The position numbers were made by a program, and so were the translations under genes. The notes under the pieces are model-generated. The model was not told where the DNA came from, searched no databases, and saw only the letters and a list, made by a program, of their open reading frames with translations. Positions 9,397 to 20,059 of a DNA stretch of 64,000 nt are shown piece after piece (the stretch's first letter is position 1; each line of letters opens with the position of its first letter). The stretch spans positions 344,817-408,816 of the forward strand of contig BLSG01000411.1 of assembly GCA_012862495.1 (NCBI GenBank), in the 5' to 3' direction. This stretch comes from Thraustochytrium aureum. Lineage: Eukaryota.

Positions 9397-11874
9397 TCAA
9401 AAGCAGCCCGAGAACTGCAGCTGGAGGCTGATCGCTGGCATCTTGGAGCATCGGTCCTCCATCGCGCAGCTGGGGTCGGGCTCACACTGGTTGAAGCGTA
9501 CCGGGAACTGGAACAGCTCGGGGAACTCTTGGGCAGGGAGCTCGAGCTTGCCATTGCACGGCATGTAGTCGTGCGGCAGGAAGAGCACGTCGACAAAGGC
9601 GCCTGTGCTGTTCTCGTACGAAATGGTGACGCCGTGCTTGCACTTTTGGACTTCGTCGCGAAGGGAGTAGTCTGTGTAGCTGGCCCCGCAAGTGGTTGCT
9701 GGAGGGGTGACGATGAGACCGAGCTCGCTCACCAGCTTCTCCGGGTTTCGCCTCAATCGCTGCCGGCAGTTTTGATAGGTCATCGGGAGGCCGAGCGAAA
9801 TCCAATAATTGCAGTAGTAGTCATTCCACGACGCCTTCGCTTTGCCGATGGACATGTCCGCGACGCATTGCTTGATGTCATCGACCTTCGGAAATGCTCG
9901 GCTGCACCACTGGGTTGCGTACTGCAGGATCTCGCCCCTAGTGCAACTCGGGTTTCCAATTGCCTTGCAAATGCGAGCCACTTGGTTGTACAGGCATCCG
10001 TCCAGCACCTCCATGTCATGCGGCGTTGCAAGCGACGTCTCCGACTCGGCAATAACGCCAGTCGCGCAAAAGCCGGAGCCGCCGCTTCGCACGAGATCCG
10101 GCTCGACGAGGTTGCGCACGTTAAGACGCGACTTGTCCGTCTTTCCTGTGAACGGCGACGTGACCTGGATGCAAACCGCCTCGATGACAATGCCGGTGAC
10201 AACATCGCCAATCTGCCAGACAATCTCGCTCGTGTCGCCCTCGGTAAACGACTCACGGACGAAAAACCCAGCGGGGAGGCTTGCGACGCCAAAGGCAGCG
10301 GCCGGGTCGGTGAGCGAAAACGTCATGCAGTTGGGCGCCTCCAGGGTATAGGTTCCTGAGGCGATGGTCACCGTGACGCTGTAGATGGTGCCGCGGTCGT
10401 CCATCGCGAGCTCGGACGAAAACCCGGGCGCAGAGTAAAGCTCCATCGTTGGGCGGCCGTTGGTAAAGTCAGGCATGCAGGGCGAACCGACGACGTCGAT
10501 GTCAGACCGATACATGTCGAGGTGAGCTGCAACACTAGTGTCCCATTTGCAAGTTTTGCTGTTGTGGTCGACCATCGAGTTGCACTTGCTCTCGGAGACT
10601 TGGCAGGAGCCAACCTCGCGTGCGTCGCAGATGACCCAATCTCCGCGCGTTCCGTTGAACGACATGGCTTGGGGATCCCCGTACGCCTGGCACAACTCGC
10701 AGCACTTGGCCGACTCGGTACGCTGGCTTGTGATCTCCAGAACGAGCTTGTCGGCGTTGGTGAAGGTCTCGCAGTCCCGGCCCCCCACGCCCCCGACGCA
10801 CCACGCACCACCCGTGAAGATGCTGCGGCAGCTGGGCGGGTCGTCCGCCGTGAGTCGGATGCCTTGATCGCCGCAGCAGTCGGCGAAGGTGGCCAGATCC
10901 TGCCTGGCGCAGTTGTTGGCGTTGCTGGGGATGGGCGAGTTTTGCACAGAGTTGCAGACAGGGCGCCCCACTGGCGGGACCCAGCCGGAGCAGATTCGCT
11001 CGAGAGTCTCCTGCACGAGAGGCTCAATGTCCCAGGAGCCGACGGAAAAGACGTGCTCCTCGGGTGGCGACGACACGAGCGGCGAGTAGCTGAGAGGGCG
11101 GCAGACGTTGTTCCAGCAGAACTCCTTGTCCACGCCGTTGAAGAGGTTGATCTTGATCGAATCGCCGTCGTTGCTGGGCACGCCAATGAAGAAGAGACGG
11201 ATGTTGTCTTCAATCAGAAGCTTGACCTGCTCAGGCAGCAAGGTAGCCCCGTATTCGGCCGCGGTTACTTCCGAGTTTCGCCCAGGGAAGTTGATGGTCC
11301 AGTCCGCCAGATCGAGGTTGCGGTCCTCGTAGAACTTTTTAGCGCGGGCATCATCTCGAACGCCAGACACTTTACCACCCGTCACGTAGCGGTTAGGGCT
11401 TGCAGTGCCGTCGGTAACGATAAAGGCAATGTTCTCGAAGCCGGGAGCGAGCGCCGGGTCCGCGAACAGCTCACGAGCGAACATGACGGCCTCTGCGTGC
11501 GGGGTGCAGCAGCTCACTTTGACCTTTTTGGGGAGCTTTGCGAAAACCTCGGTCTCAAACGATTCCGGGGAGAACTCTTGGAAGGGGATGTACTGTTCGA
11601 TGTACTTGTTGAAAACGATCACCCCTGCTTCGTACCGCACGTTGCCCCCGTCGTTGTTCGAAAACCCGCAGTACGTGTTCGTGATGAAATTCATCATGTC
11701 CGAGTCGAACCGATTCTGGCCAATGCTGTTGCTGCCGTCGAGGATGAACAGGATGCGCCTGTTGCGAGGATCGCAGCTAGGCCACCTTGAGCAGTCCACT
11801 CCGGCTGCGACGCCGCAGATGGCCGCCATCACGACGGCCAGCGCAGCAGCAGCCCGTGAGGTAAAGAACCCCAT
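9397..11874 (-). CDS. Secreted von Willebrand factor A domain, Cys-rich protein (~825 aa)
   Basis: Signal-like N-terminus MGFFTSRAAAALAVVMAAICGVAAG, MIDAS motif ILFILDGSNS, AFIVTDG, and a long Cys-rich C-terminal region. Uninterrupted ORF. Confidence 0.85.
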   Translation of the reverse strand: MGFFTSRAAAALAVVMAAICGVAAGVDCSRWPSCDPRNRRILFILDGSNSIGQNRFDSDMMNFITNTYCGFSNNDGGNVRYEAGVIVFNKYIEQYIPFQEFSPESFETEVFAKLPKKVKVSCCTPHAEAVMFARELFADPALAPGFENIAFIVTDGTASPNRYVTGGKVSGVRDDARAKKFYEDRNLDLADWTINFPGRNSEVTAAEYGATLLPEQVKLLIEDNIRLFFIGVPSNDGDSIKINLFNGVDKEFCWNNVCRPLSYSPLVSSPPEEHVFSVGSWDIEPLVQETLERICSGWVPPVGRPVCNSVQNSPIPSNANNCARQDLATFADCCGDQGIRLTADDPPSCRSIFTGGAWCVGGVGGRDCETFTNADKLVLEITSQRTESAKCCELCQAYGDPQAMSFNGTRGDWVICDAREVGSCQVSESKCNSMVDHNSKTCKWDTSVAAHLDMYRSDIDVVGSPCMPDFTNGRPTMELYSAPGFSSELAMDDRGTIYSVTVTIASGTYTLEAPNCMTFSLTDPAAAFGVASLPAGFFVRESFTEGDTSEIVWQIGDVVTGIVIEAVCIQVTSPFTGKTDKSRLNVRNLVEPDLVRSGGSGFCATGVIAESETSLATPHDMEVLDGCLYNQVARICKAIGNPSCTRGEILQYATQWCSRAFPKVDDIKQCVADMSIGKAKASWNDYYCNYWISLGLPMTYQNCRQRLRRNPEKLVSELGLIVTPPATTCGASYTDYSLRDEVQKCKHGVTISYENSTGAFVDVLFLPHDYMPCNGKLELPAQEFPELFQFPVRFNQCEPDPSCAMEDRCSKMPAISLQLQFSGCF

Positions 11875-11940
11875 TTTGCTCGTCACTTTCCCTCCCTAGA
11901 CCGCGCGCGCGGACGGGTCTTCCCGGTCGCTGTCGCCGAG

Positions 11941-11995
11941 TTGTTGTTGTTGCTGTTGTGTTGTTCTTGTCGTTGTTGTCCTTGTCGTCTTCGTC
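11941..11995. repeat. (TTG/TGT)n low-complexity microsatellite upstream of the vWA gene
   Basis: ttgttgttgttgctgttgtgttgttcttgtcgttgttg. Confidence 0.75.
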
Positions 11996-14410
11996 AGGTT
12001 GTGTTCGGGGTCTGCATGCTCATGCGGCGAGCCGAGCAGCGCAGGTCACGCCGCCAACCAGCTGCTTGCGTCCCAGCCAGAGAGAGACAGGGATTCATTC
12101 ATCCAAGCTCAAAAGCTTGCTGGAGCTGCGCGCGAGGGAACGATAGTGAGTAGGTACCCTCCTGGGTTGCTGCTTTTCGCTGCGCGTGTTGAACCCTCCG
12201 GCTGGAGTGGCCCGCCAGCTGACGTTGGCGCTGTGAGAGCCACTCGCTCTCCGCTCGCCTGGCAGCCCGTGGCAAGCCTTGCTTTTGTCGCTCGGTTCGC
12301 TCGTCATCGTGTGGTTGCGAGAAAAGATCCTGGTCTGTGCGGTGCGAGCGGGTGGAAGAGAGAAGGTGGACAAGCGGGGCCGAGGAGAAGGAGAGGGAGC
12401 GCCTGCCCAGTTCGCTCTCCTCGCCAGCGAGCAGAGAGGACGGACGAGTCGATCCTGTTGGTCGGCGGCGCGTTCCTTGGGCCACCGCCGCCCAGTTGAG
12501 AGAGAGAGCGAGAGCGCACCCAGCCGTGACGACCAGGGCCCATGGGCGCGGTGCGATGCTTGCTGCTGCCCTCTGCATCTTCTTCCTTCATCCGGGACGC
12601 CTTTCTGCAGGAACAAAAACCGAGGGAAGAAAGATAGGGAAAATGTGGGACTGACTGACTGCCAACACCTCACCAAGGAAGGAGGATCCTCTTCGGGCCT
12701 GTGCTTGCACACGTGACGGCGCGTTGCTTCGGAAGGCCCAGAGGAGGCTTTGGCCAAGGTGTTGCGATAGTGTCGTTTTTGTCGTTTCTATCCATCGTTT
12801 TTATCGTTTTTACGTTTAGCAAGCTGTAATACCTGCTCCTCTACCCGGAAAGAGGGCCCCATCTTTGTTTTCGTCTCAGGATGGCCTTTAGCTAACAATA
12901 AAGACAGAAGAGGGAGCGGGCGCCGACGGCAGCCGGCGCGCAGCTCGTCGAAAGCAACTGCGCGCTGGGCCAGCCAGAGATAGAGATAGAGAGCGCTCTT
13001 CCGATAGTCAGATGCGGCGAGTGAGAGATGCGCCTCACGAGCCCTCCGGTCCGTCAGTCCCTCGCAGCAGTTGCTGGAAATGGGTGAGGTGGCCGCAAGA
13101 GAAACGCTGCTTTGCGTCGGCCATCGGCAAGCGCCGGGGCCCACTCATCATGCCTTGGTCAGGATTGTGACTTCGTTTCTGACGCGCGTCGAATCCAGCC
13201 TCAGCGCTCCCCACTGGACCGGAGTCTCCAGGCTTGGTGCTGCCCGGTAAGTATCGTCGAGAGCCGCGCCGAAACGCGACAATGGGCTTCGCAGTGTCAA
13301 CGCGGCGGCTTGCCAATGCTGCCCGACAACCACAGCAGGGCCAAAGAGCGGGAAATCCGTGGACGTGTTTGTCAGTCATCGAGAGTGTGAAGCCTGGGCC
13401 AAGTCTTGGGCCACGGCCAGTCTGGCCCAAGTCTGGCCCATGCCGTCGGGGGGCGCGGGCTCGATCGAGCTCGATCGAGTTGGCACGTGCTTTTGCTAGT
13501 CGCAAGGTCGTCTGGTGCGACGTATGGTCAGCATAATTCGTCCCTTGCCAAGTGGTGGTTCGTCCCTCGCACCAAGAGGAAGTGTGGATGGGCACGAACG
13601 AACACGTGCTGCGCGGTCGGTCGTACCGGTAATAAGTGTCAAGGATACGACTTTCGTTCTGTCAATCCTCGCCTCGATTGCACCCAGAGAAAGCATGATG
13701 GCTCGAGTTGAGTGACAGCAGCGCTTGCAACCACCACAAGCAGGAACGACGCTGAAATCAGCCGCCCGAGGCCGCCCCTCCCACCAAGCACAAGGCATCG
13801 CGCCAGAGCGAAGAATCATCACTCGCGCCTACCTGCGCACGAGAGTGGGTTCGACCAACTTCAAGTTGGTTCGATTGATTTGGCCATTCGATCAGGTTCG
13901 AGAGTTGTCGTGGCGCCGATGAGAAGCCTCGACAGCAACTCCGAGTCCGAGCCAGCCGTCCGAGACAGTGGCCCAGCCGACTCTCGCTTGCGACGAACGG
14001 CTCGGCGCCGAGTCTTTCGAGCCTTTCCAAGTGGGACAGCTCGAGCGTGTGCAGTGCTGCCCCACTCGGGCGGCGGGACACGTCCCGACCTGTTTTCGCG
14101 CTGCCCTATTCGTTTCGATGACCGATTCGAGCGAGCAGAACGAACAGCGCGATGCTCGTCTGAATTCTGGTGCTCGTCCGATCTATGAATCTGAACTGAA
14201 CTGTTCTTAAATTCTGTACCCTGAACTGTTCATGAACTGCTGCGGCTCCGACGAGCAGCGAAGCGCTCGTCAGAGAGATTTCTTTCTTTCTTTCCTCGGC
14301 GCCGGACGACCTCCCGGGCGACTTGGCCGCGGTGCAAGGCCGACTTCGAGCCACGGCAGCGAGACGAGCGCTGGGCTGGCTTGCGGGCTGCAGCAGAGGG
14401 GGCGAGGAGG

Positions 14411-15841
14411 ATGGACCCGCGGGACCCAGCGGTGCGCATGCAGAGCCACGCGATGCTCCGCGTGCCGTTCGAACAGGTCACTAGCGACTTTCGAACGTGC
14501 CAGAAGGCCGCCGAGAAGGAGTCCGCAGCCGCCACCGCGCTGGTTGCCGAGCTCGCCAAGCGCGTCGCGGCGCAGCCTGCCCGACGAGGTGAAGTGGGCC
14601 AAGGTTGGTGACAACTTGGAGCGCGTGGAGCAGCGCCTCAACGAGGTGCTCAAGCAGCTCCAGAACGCCAGGGACCAAGCCGACGCGCTGCTCGACCTCA
14701 CCGCGCAGCGCGCGGTCTCTGCGCCTTTAGGCGAAGATTTCACCGCGCTCCTGGTAGCCGACCACCTGGCGCGGACTGGCCTCGGGAGCGCGGCGCGCAT
14801 GCTAGCAAAGCGCAACCGCCAGGGCGACCTCGTCGACCACGCTGCCTTCGACGAGCCCCACAAGATCGCCGCGGCGCTGCACAGCGAGCGCAGACTCGGC
14901 CCTGCGCTGGATTGGTGCGCGCGTAACAAGTCGCGGCTCAAGCGCATGGAGAGCTCGCTCGAGTTCCGCTTGCACCGCCTCGGTTTTCTGCAGCTTGTCG
15001 AGCGCGGCGACCACGTCAAGGCCGTTCAGTACGCAAAGCGCTACCTCGCCCCATACGCCATAGAGCACATGCCAGAAATCCAGACAGCAATGGCCGCGCT
15101 GGCGTTCGCAAAGTCCGCGCCCGAAGTCAACAGCGAACCGAGGTCCGCTGCAGGACAGGAAGGTGCGGCGTCATTGAAGAAGCGCAAACTAGACGGCGCG
15201 CCCGCCGCCGACCGCCGGGCCGACCCTGGTGTTGAGCCTCAACTGCCGCCATTCAGCGACCAGGACTGGCACGACGTTGCTGCTCTCTTTCGCCGTGAGG
15301 CCAACCGCGCGTTGGGTTTGCAACAGGAAACGACTCTCGAGGTCACGATCAAGGCAGGGCTGGCTTGCCTGCGAACTCCGCTCTGCCGCGCAAACTATGC
15401 AACCGAGGTCGTGCGGCTCTCAGCGAAAGTGACGCCCAAGATCACCAGAGCTCCCAAGCCATGCAAGTTGATAGCGAGAGCGGAGCCGCCGTCGACTCAG
15501 GGAGCAGAAACGCGGAGGGGCCGCGACCGCCCGCAAGCCGTCAGGGCGGTCGTTCCTTTCTTGCCCCCTCGCTGCGAGTGGCGCTTGATTGCCCGTGCTG
15601 CTCGGCGGGCCTCGGCAAGCTTGCCAGCACCTTGCCACAGGCGCACCATGCGCACTCGACTCTGCTTTGCGCTCTTTCAGGCAAGCCGATGGACGAGCAC
15701 GACCCGCCAATGATGCTCCCAAATGGGCGCGTGTTCTCTCTTTCAGCAGTGCGAGCCCGGGTCCGGGAGGGCCGTGTCACCTGCCCAGTTACTGGGGACA
15801 TCTACGACTTTGACAAAATCACGCGCGTCTTCGTGGCGTGA
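14411..15841 (+). CDS. MAEA: CTLH/GID E3 ligase subunit MAEA/Fyv10; two frameshifts
   Basis: MLRVPFEQVTSDFRTCQK, LisH (LVADHLARTG), CTLH (ALDWCARNKSRLKRMESSLEFRL), AGLACLRTPLC, and CPCC..LA..LPQAHHAHSTLLCALSGKPMDEHDPPMMLPNGRVFS with degenerate RING (CPVTG). Frame changes near 14572 and 15408. Confidence 0.92.
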
Positions 15842-16146
15842 CGCCTGCATTCTTGATCAAGCGCTGGGTCCGCAGCGGCGACCGGCCGGCACCCGAGCGG
15901 TTGCATGGCGCGGAGCAAGAGTAGCTTGCTTCCGGCAGCACGCGGTGTCGTCGTTCGGCAAGTTGGCAGGAACTTGTGGGGAGCGAAGTCCTGCCAGCTC
16001 GCCCGGCTCCCAACTTGGCTCGTTGGCGCCCGCCGGCACATAGCAGGGTGACCGAATGCAACTAGGCCTATTCTTTCTTACTTGCTTATCTGACTGATGG
16101 CTGTTGCTTCTTTGCAGGCAACCTCGAACCTGCCCTGTAGTTCGGC

Positions 16147-17311
16147 TCACCGCGGCGGTGCTGGGACCGAGCGCCGCCGAGATCGGAACCTCATTGCGGA
16201 GAGCCGAAGTCCGTGCATGGCCGCCTCGCGCTTCTGGTCCATAAAGGTCGTGCCTCGGAGCTCGAGCGTCGATACCTCCTCAGAAAACCGAACGTCAGCG
16301 AGGCCGAGGCCCCGCTTTTCGGTTGACCGCTGCTGCGAACTCTGCGAAGCGTTTGCTTTGTCACGTACATTCTCCCTTCCAAGAGTCTGGGCTAGTGGCG
16401 CTGGGCCTGTGGCGGGCCTCTCCTGCCGGCCGCTGTTGCGAGGCTCGGCAACTGTTGCTTTGGCTTGCTGTGCCAAGATGCGACTCCGTGGCATCAACAA
16501 AGCTTGCGCTGGCCGGTCTTTTGTCTCGGAGGCGATGCAAGTGAGCTCTTCACTCTGCTTCATTCGGACGTTCGACCGCGCGAGTCGGTCTGGGCCGACC
16601 TCCAGCGCCGAGTCCGCCTGCGAGCCTGCGGGGATCTGCATTCCACGATCCCCAGGGCGTACGTAGGAAAGGCGTGTCCGTGGCACCCCGTCAGTGGCCT
16701 GGCCGGGTCTGTCTCGGCTCGAAGAAAGAAACGAGCGAGGAGCGCTGTCGCGAGGAGCGATACTGCACGGCGAGCCGCACCTGCTCACCGTCAGAGAGCG
16801 CGTCGAGCTTTCCTGGAACTGAGCGGGAGAAGGCAATCCCTTCGCGCCCGGCTTGGTTAAGGCACTGTCTCGCCTATTCACAAGCGTCTCTACCAACGCA
16901 GCGCGCTTCTTGGCCTCCAGCCGGCGGAGCTGCTCCTCGATAAAGGTCGAGTTTTCGGAAGCCTCGCAGCTGAGGTTTTCGGCACCGTATGGGCTGCTGC
17001 TGTTGCTGCTTTGCCCCGGGGCCGGACGGTCAACTGGCCAGTAGCCCACTCCGAGGCTCGTCGACCACGACGCACGGGCAAGGGCCCCGGGAAAGGGCGG
17101 GGTCGCAGGGGAGAGGATCCCAATTCCGTGCGCCTGCTTCACCGGCTTTTCCTGCGCAACGGCCGCCGCTTGGATGCTGCGAGCGCGCGCGTGATCTAGA
17201 TCCAAAGCGGCAAGCTCGCGCTCTAGGGCAACCATATCCGCGTCAAGCTCGCGCAAAGATGGAAGCGCCTTTTTCGACTGACGCTGCCGAAGCACGGCTC
17301 CGATCGACTCG
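16147..17311 (-). CDS. Hypothetical, largely disordered protein with short coiled coils; 5' end probably in gap
   Basis: 382-aa open frame with coiled-coil-like LRELDADMVALERELAAL and IEEQLRRLEAKKR. No family recognised. Confidence 0.55.
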
Positions 17312-18209
17312 NNNNNNNNNNNNNNNNNNNNNNNNNNNNNNNNNNNNNNNNNNNNNNNNNNNNNNNNNNNNNNNNNNNNNNNNNNNNNNNNNNNNNNNNN
17401 NNNNNNNNNNNNNNNNNNNNNNNNNNNNNNNNNNNNNNNNNNNNNNNNNNNNNNNNNNNNNNNNNNNNNNNNNNNNNNNNNNNNNNNNNNNNNNNNNNNN
17501 NNNNNNNNNNNNNNNNNNNNNNNNNNNNNNNNNNNNNNNNNNNNNNNNNNNNNNNNNNNNNNNNNNNNNNNNNNNNNNNNNNNNNNNNNNNNNNNNNNNN
17601 NNNNNNNNNNNNNNNNNNNNNNNNNNNNNNNNNNNNNNNNNNNNNNNNNNNNNNNNNNNNNNNNNNNNNNNNNNNNNNNNNNNNNNNNNNNNNNNNNNNN
17701 NNNNNNNNNNNNNNNNNNNNNNNNNNNNNNNNNNNNNNNNNNNNNNNNNNNNNNNNNNNNNNNNNNNNNNNNNNNNNNNNNNNNNNNNNNNNNNNNNNNN
17801 NNNNNNNNNNNNNNNNNNNNNNNNNNNNNNNNNNNNNNNNNNNNNNNNNNNNNNNNNNNNNNNNNNNNNNNNNNNNNNNNNNNNNNNNNNNNNNNNNNNN
17901 NNNNNNNNNNNNNNNNNNNNNNNNNNNNNNNNNNNNNNNNNNNNNNNNNNNNNNNNNNNNNNNNNNNNNNNNNNNNNNNNNNNNNNNNNNNNNNNNNNNN
18001 NNNNNNNNNNNNNNNNNNNNNNNNNNNNNNNNGAGCGCGACGGCTCGGCCGCCTGCTGGCGAACGGATCTCGGGTCGGCCGGTGCTGGCCAGCCAGGCCC
18101 GTGCGGAGGCGAAGCTGCTGCGAGTTCGGGCCCTCGCTCGAAACGCGGGGCGCGGGCCGCTGGGTGGGGCATGCTGCCGGCGAGCGCGCGGGCTAGGCTT
18201 GGAGGGAGG

Positions 18210-19429
18210 ATGGCGAGCGCTGTAAGGGGGTGGCGATTCTCGCGCGCGCAAGGGCCGCTCTGCGTGGTGGGCGACATACACGGCCACTCAGGTACGTTTT
18301 GGTTTGCTGCACTTGCTCGATTGAGAGCGCTCCTTGGCGGCGAAGAACCGCGCGAACCGCGGCGGGACGACGAGCTAACGCTTGGGCCCAATCGCTAGAC
18401 AAGCTGCGGGCGCTCTGGGACAGGATTCCGCGCGCCGTCGGGGAGGAGGCCTTCGAGCGTCTACACGTCGTCTTCCTCGGGGACTACTGCGACAAGGGTC
18501 CTGACACGCGCGGCGTGGTAGACTTTTTGACACAGCTGCGCCAAGAGCACCCGATGCAGTCGCACCACTTTCTCTCTGGCAACCACGACTTTGCGCTCAG
18601 CGCCTTCTTGGGCCTCTTGCCAGAACGCCAGCCAGCAGAAGACGTAGCCAAGACTGGGAGCCGCGCAAGCCGAATGCGCCGCCGCCAGAGCGGCCTCTTC
18701 GACGAAGACCTGGCCAAGGCCGTAGCCGCCACCTCGGGGCCATTCAAAATGCCTATTCAAGGCGACTACTCCAAGACGTGGCGCGAGCAGTACCAGAGCA
18801 AATTTACGGACGAGCACCTCTACAGCGGCCCAGGTCACGACCGCATGCACTTGCAAGGCGCGCGGTACGCGGCTACCCCGCAGTCTGTGTTTGACTCTGC
18901 GCCGACTTTCAAGTCTTACGGTGTGCAGTTCGGAGACCGCGCTGCCCTGATCGACGCAATGCCGGACGCACATCTTCGTTTCTTTGCCAATCTGGAGTGG
19001 ATCGCCTTGCTTCGTTCCACCATCGGAGACGTCATGGCGGTGCACGCGGGCCTCGAGAATGAGAGCATGCCGGTGCTCGACATGCTCGTGCAGCAGTTGC
19101 GCGCCAGGGACCCCGCGTTGCTGCACCAGCCGTTCATCGAGCCCCTCTGCGGTCGCGCGAACGTAGAGCGAATGCCGACGGCCCTTCTACCGCCCATTCC
19201 GCAACGGCGAGGCTACTTGCCGCCGCCGCTGTTCATGGTCAGTGGCCACCACGGCTTTGTTCGCGTCAACGGGCGTAGAATTATCATAGACATGTGTTCC
19301 GGCCGTCCGGACAAAGACCTGTGCGCTTTAGTGTTGCGCCGCGAGGTGGCAGGTCAGTCGCACACCTCCGTCACCAACGACCAGGGCGTGGACATCAAGA
19401 TTGTCACCTCGTCGTCCAACCCAAGGTGA
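18210..19429 (+). CDS. RLPH-type (Rhizobiales-like) PPP-family metallophosphatase; intron 18292-18398
   Basis: Splicing (GTACGT..GCTAAC..TAG) gives CVVGDIHGHSDKLRALW, then FLGDYCDKGPDTRGVVDFL, FLSGNHDFA, MHLQGARY, SVFDSAPTFKSYGV, AVHAGL, LCGRANV, VSGHHG and RIIID. These are co-linear with Arabidopsis RLPH2 motifs as I recall them. An AAG|GTGAGT at the stop could be another donor. Confidence 0.85.
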
Positions 19430-20059
19430 GTGAGTTGGTAGGACCTGCGAGTGTCAAGCCGTTCCCGAGCTGGGACGCCGGCGCTTGGCTCTGGGGGAGC
19501 AGGCACGGCTGTTGTGCGGTCGCTGGGCTGTGATGCCGGATGAATGCCAGTTTGCTCCCGAGCCGGCTGTCGCGCGCCACATCTGTGTTGTGCACAGATG
19601 TGCGCCGCCCGCATTGCCGCCTGTTGTAGAGTGAAAACCCTCGTTTGTCAGTCGAAGAGAGTTTTTGCTTCTCGTACAAATGCACAGACTGCGCGCAACC
19701 CGGCGCCGCTCTGCCTCGCCTTGGCGGCGCGCAGGCGCGAAACCCGAACACGCGGCGCGCTTCGGCACCCGCGGCCACGCGACCGGATCGGACAAGCAGA
19801 ACCCGAGCTCGAAGAGCCCAGAGGACCGTTGCGGCGCCGACCGAGCCCAGGACGCAGCCCCGCCGCCTCGTCCAGGCACCTAGCTCGTCTAGCTCGCGCG
19901 CGCCGCGGAGGGAAGGCGGCCGGGAGCAGCCTGCACCTCGCGCGGCTGGTCATACTGAGGACCGGATCGTGCGCGCGCTTTGGCAAGGCCATCGTCTGAC
20001 CGCGATCAGGCGGGGGGGCGTGAAGGCCGTCTAAGGGCGGGCGGGCGCAGCACGGCGCA

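Noticed and set aside
13050..13152. Possible C/D box snoRNA on the minus strand (ATGATGA ... CTGA)
   Set aside because: No terminal stem, no recognisable rRNA-complementary guide, and such boxes occur by chance.
14411..15841. MAEA (and RBM34, ERCC6, PanE, SDR) as pseudogenes
   Set aside because: Conserved motifs are intact on both sides of each shift and the indels mostly sit in G/C runs. Sequencing error is the simpler explanation.
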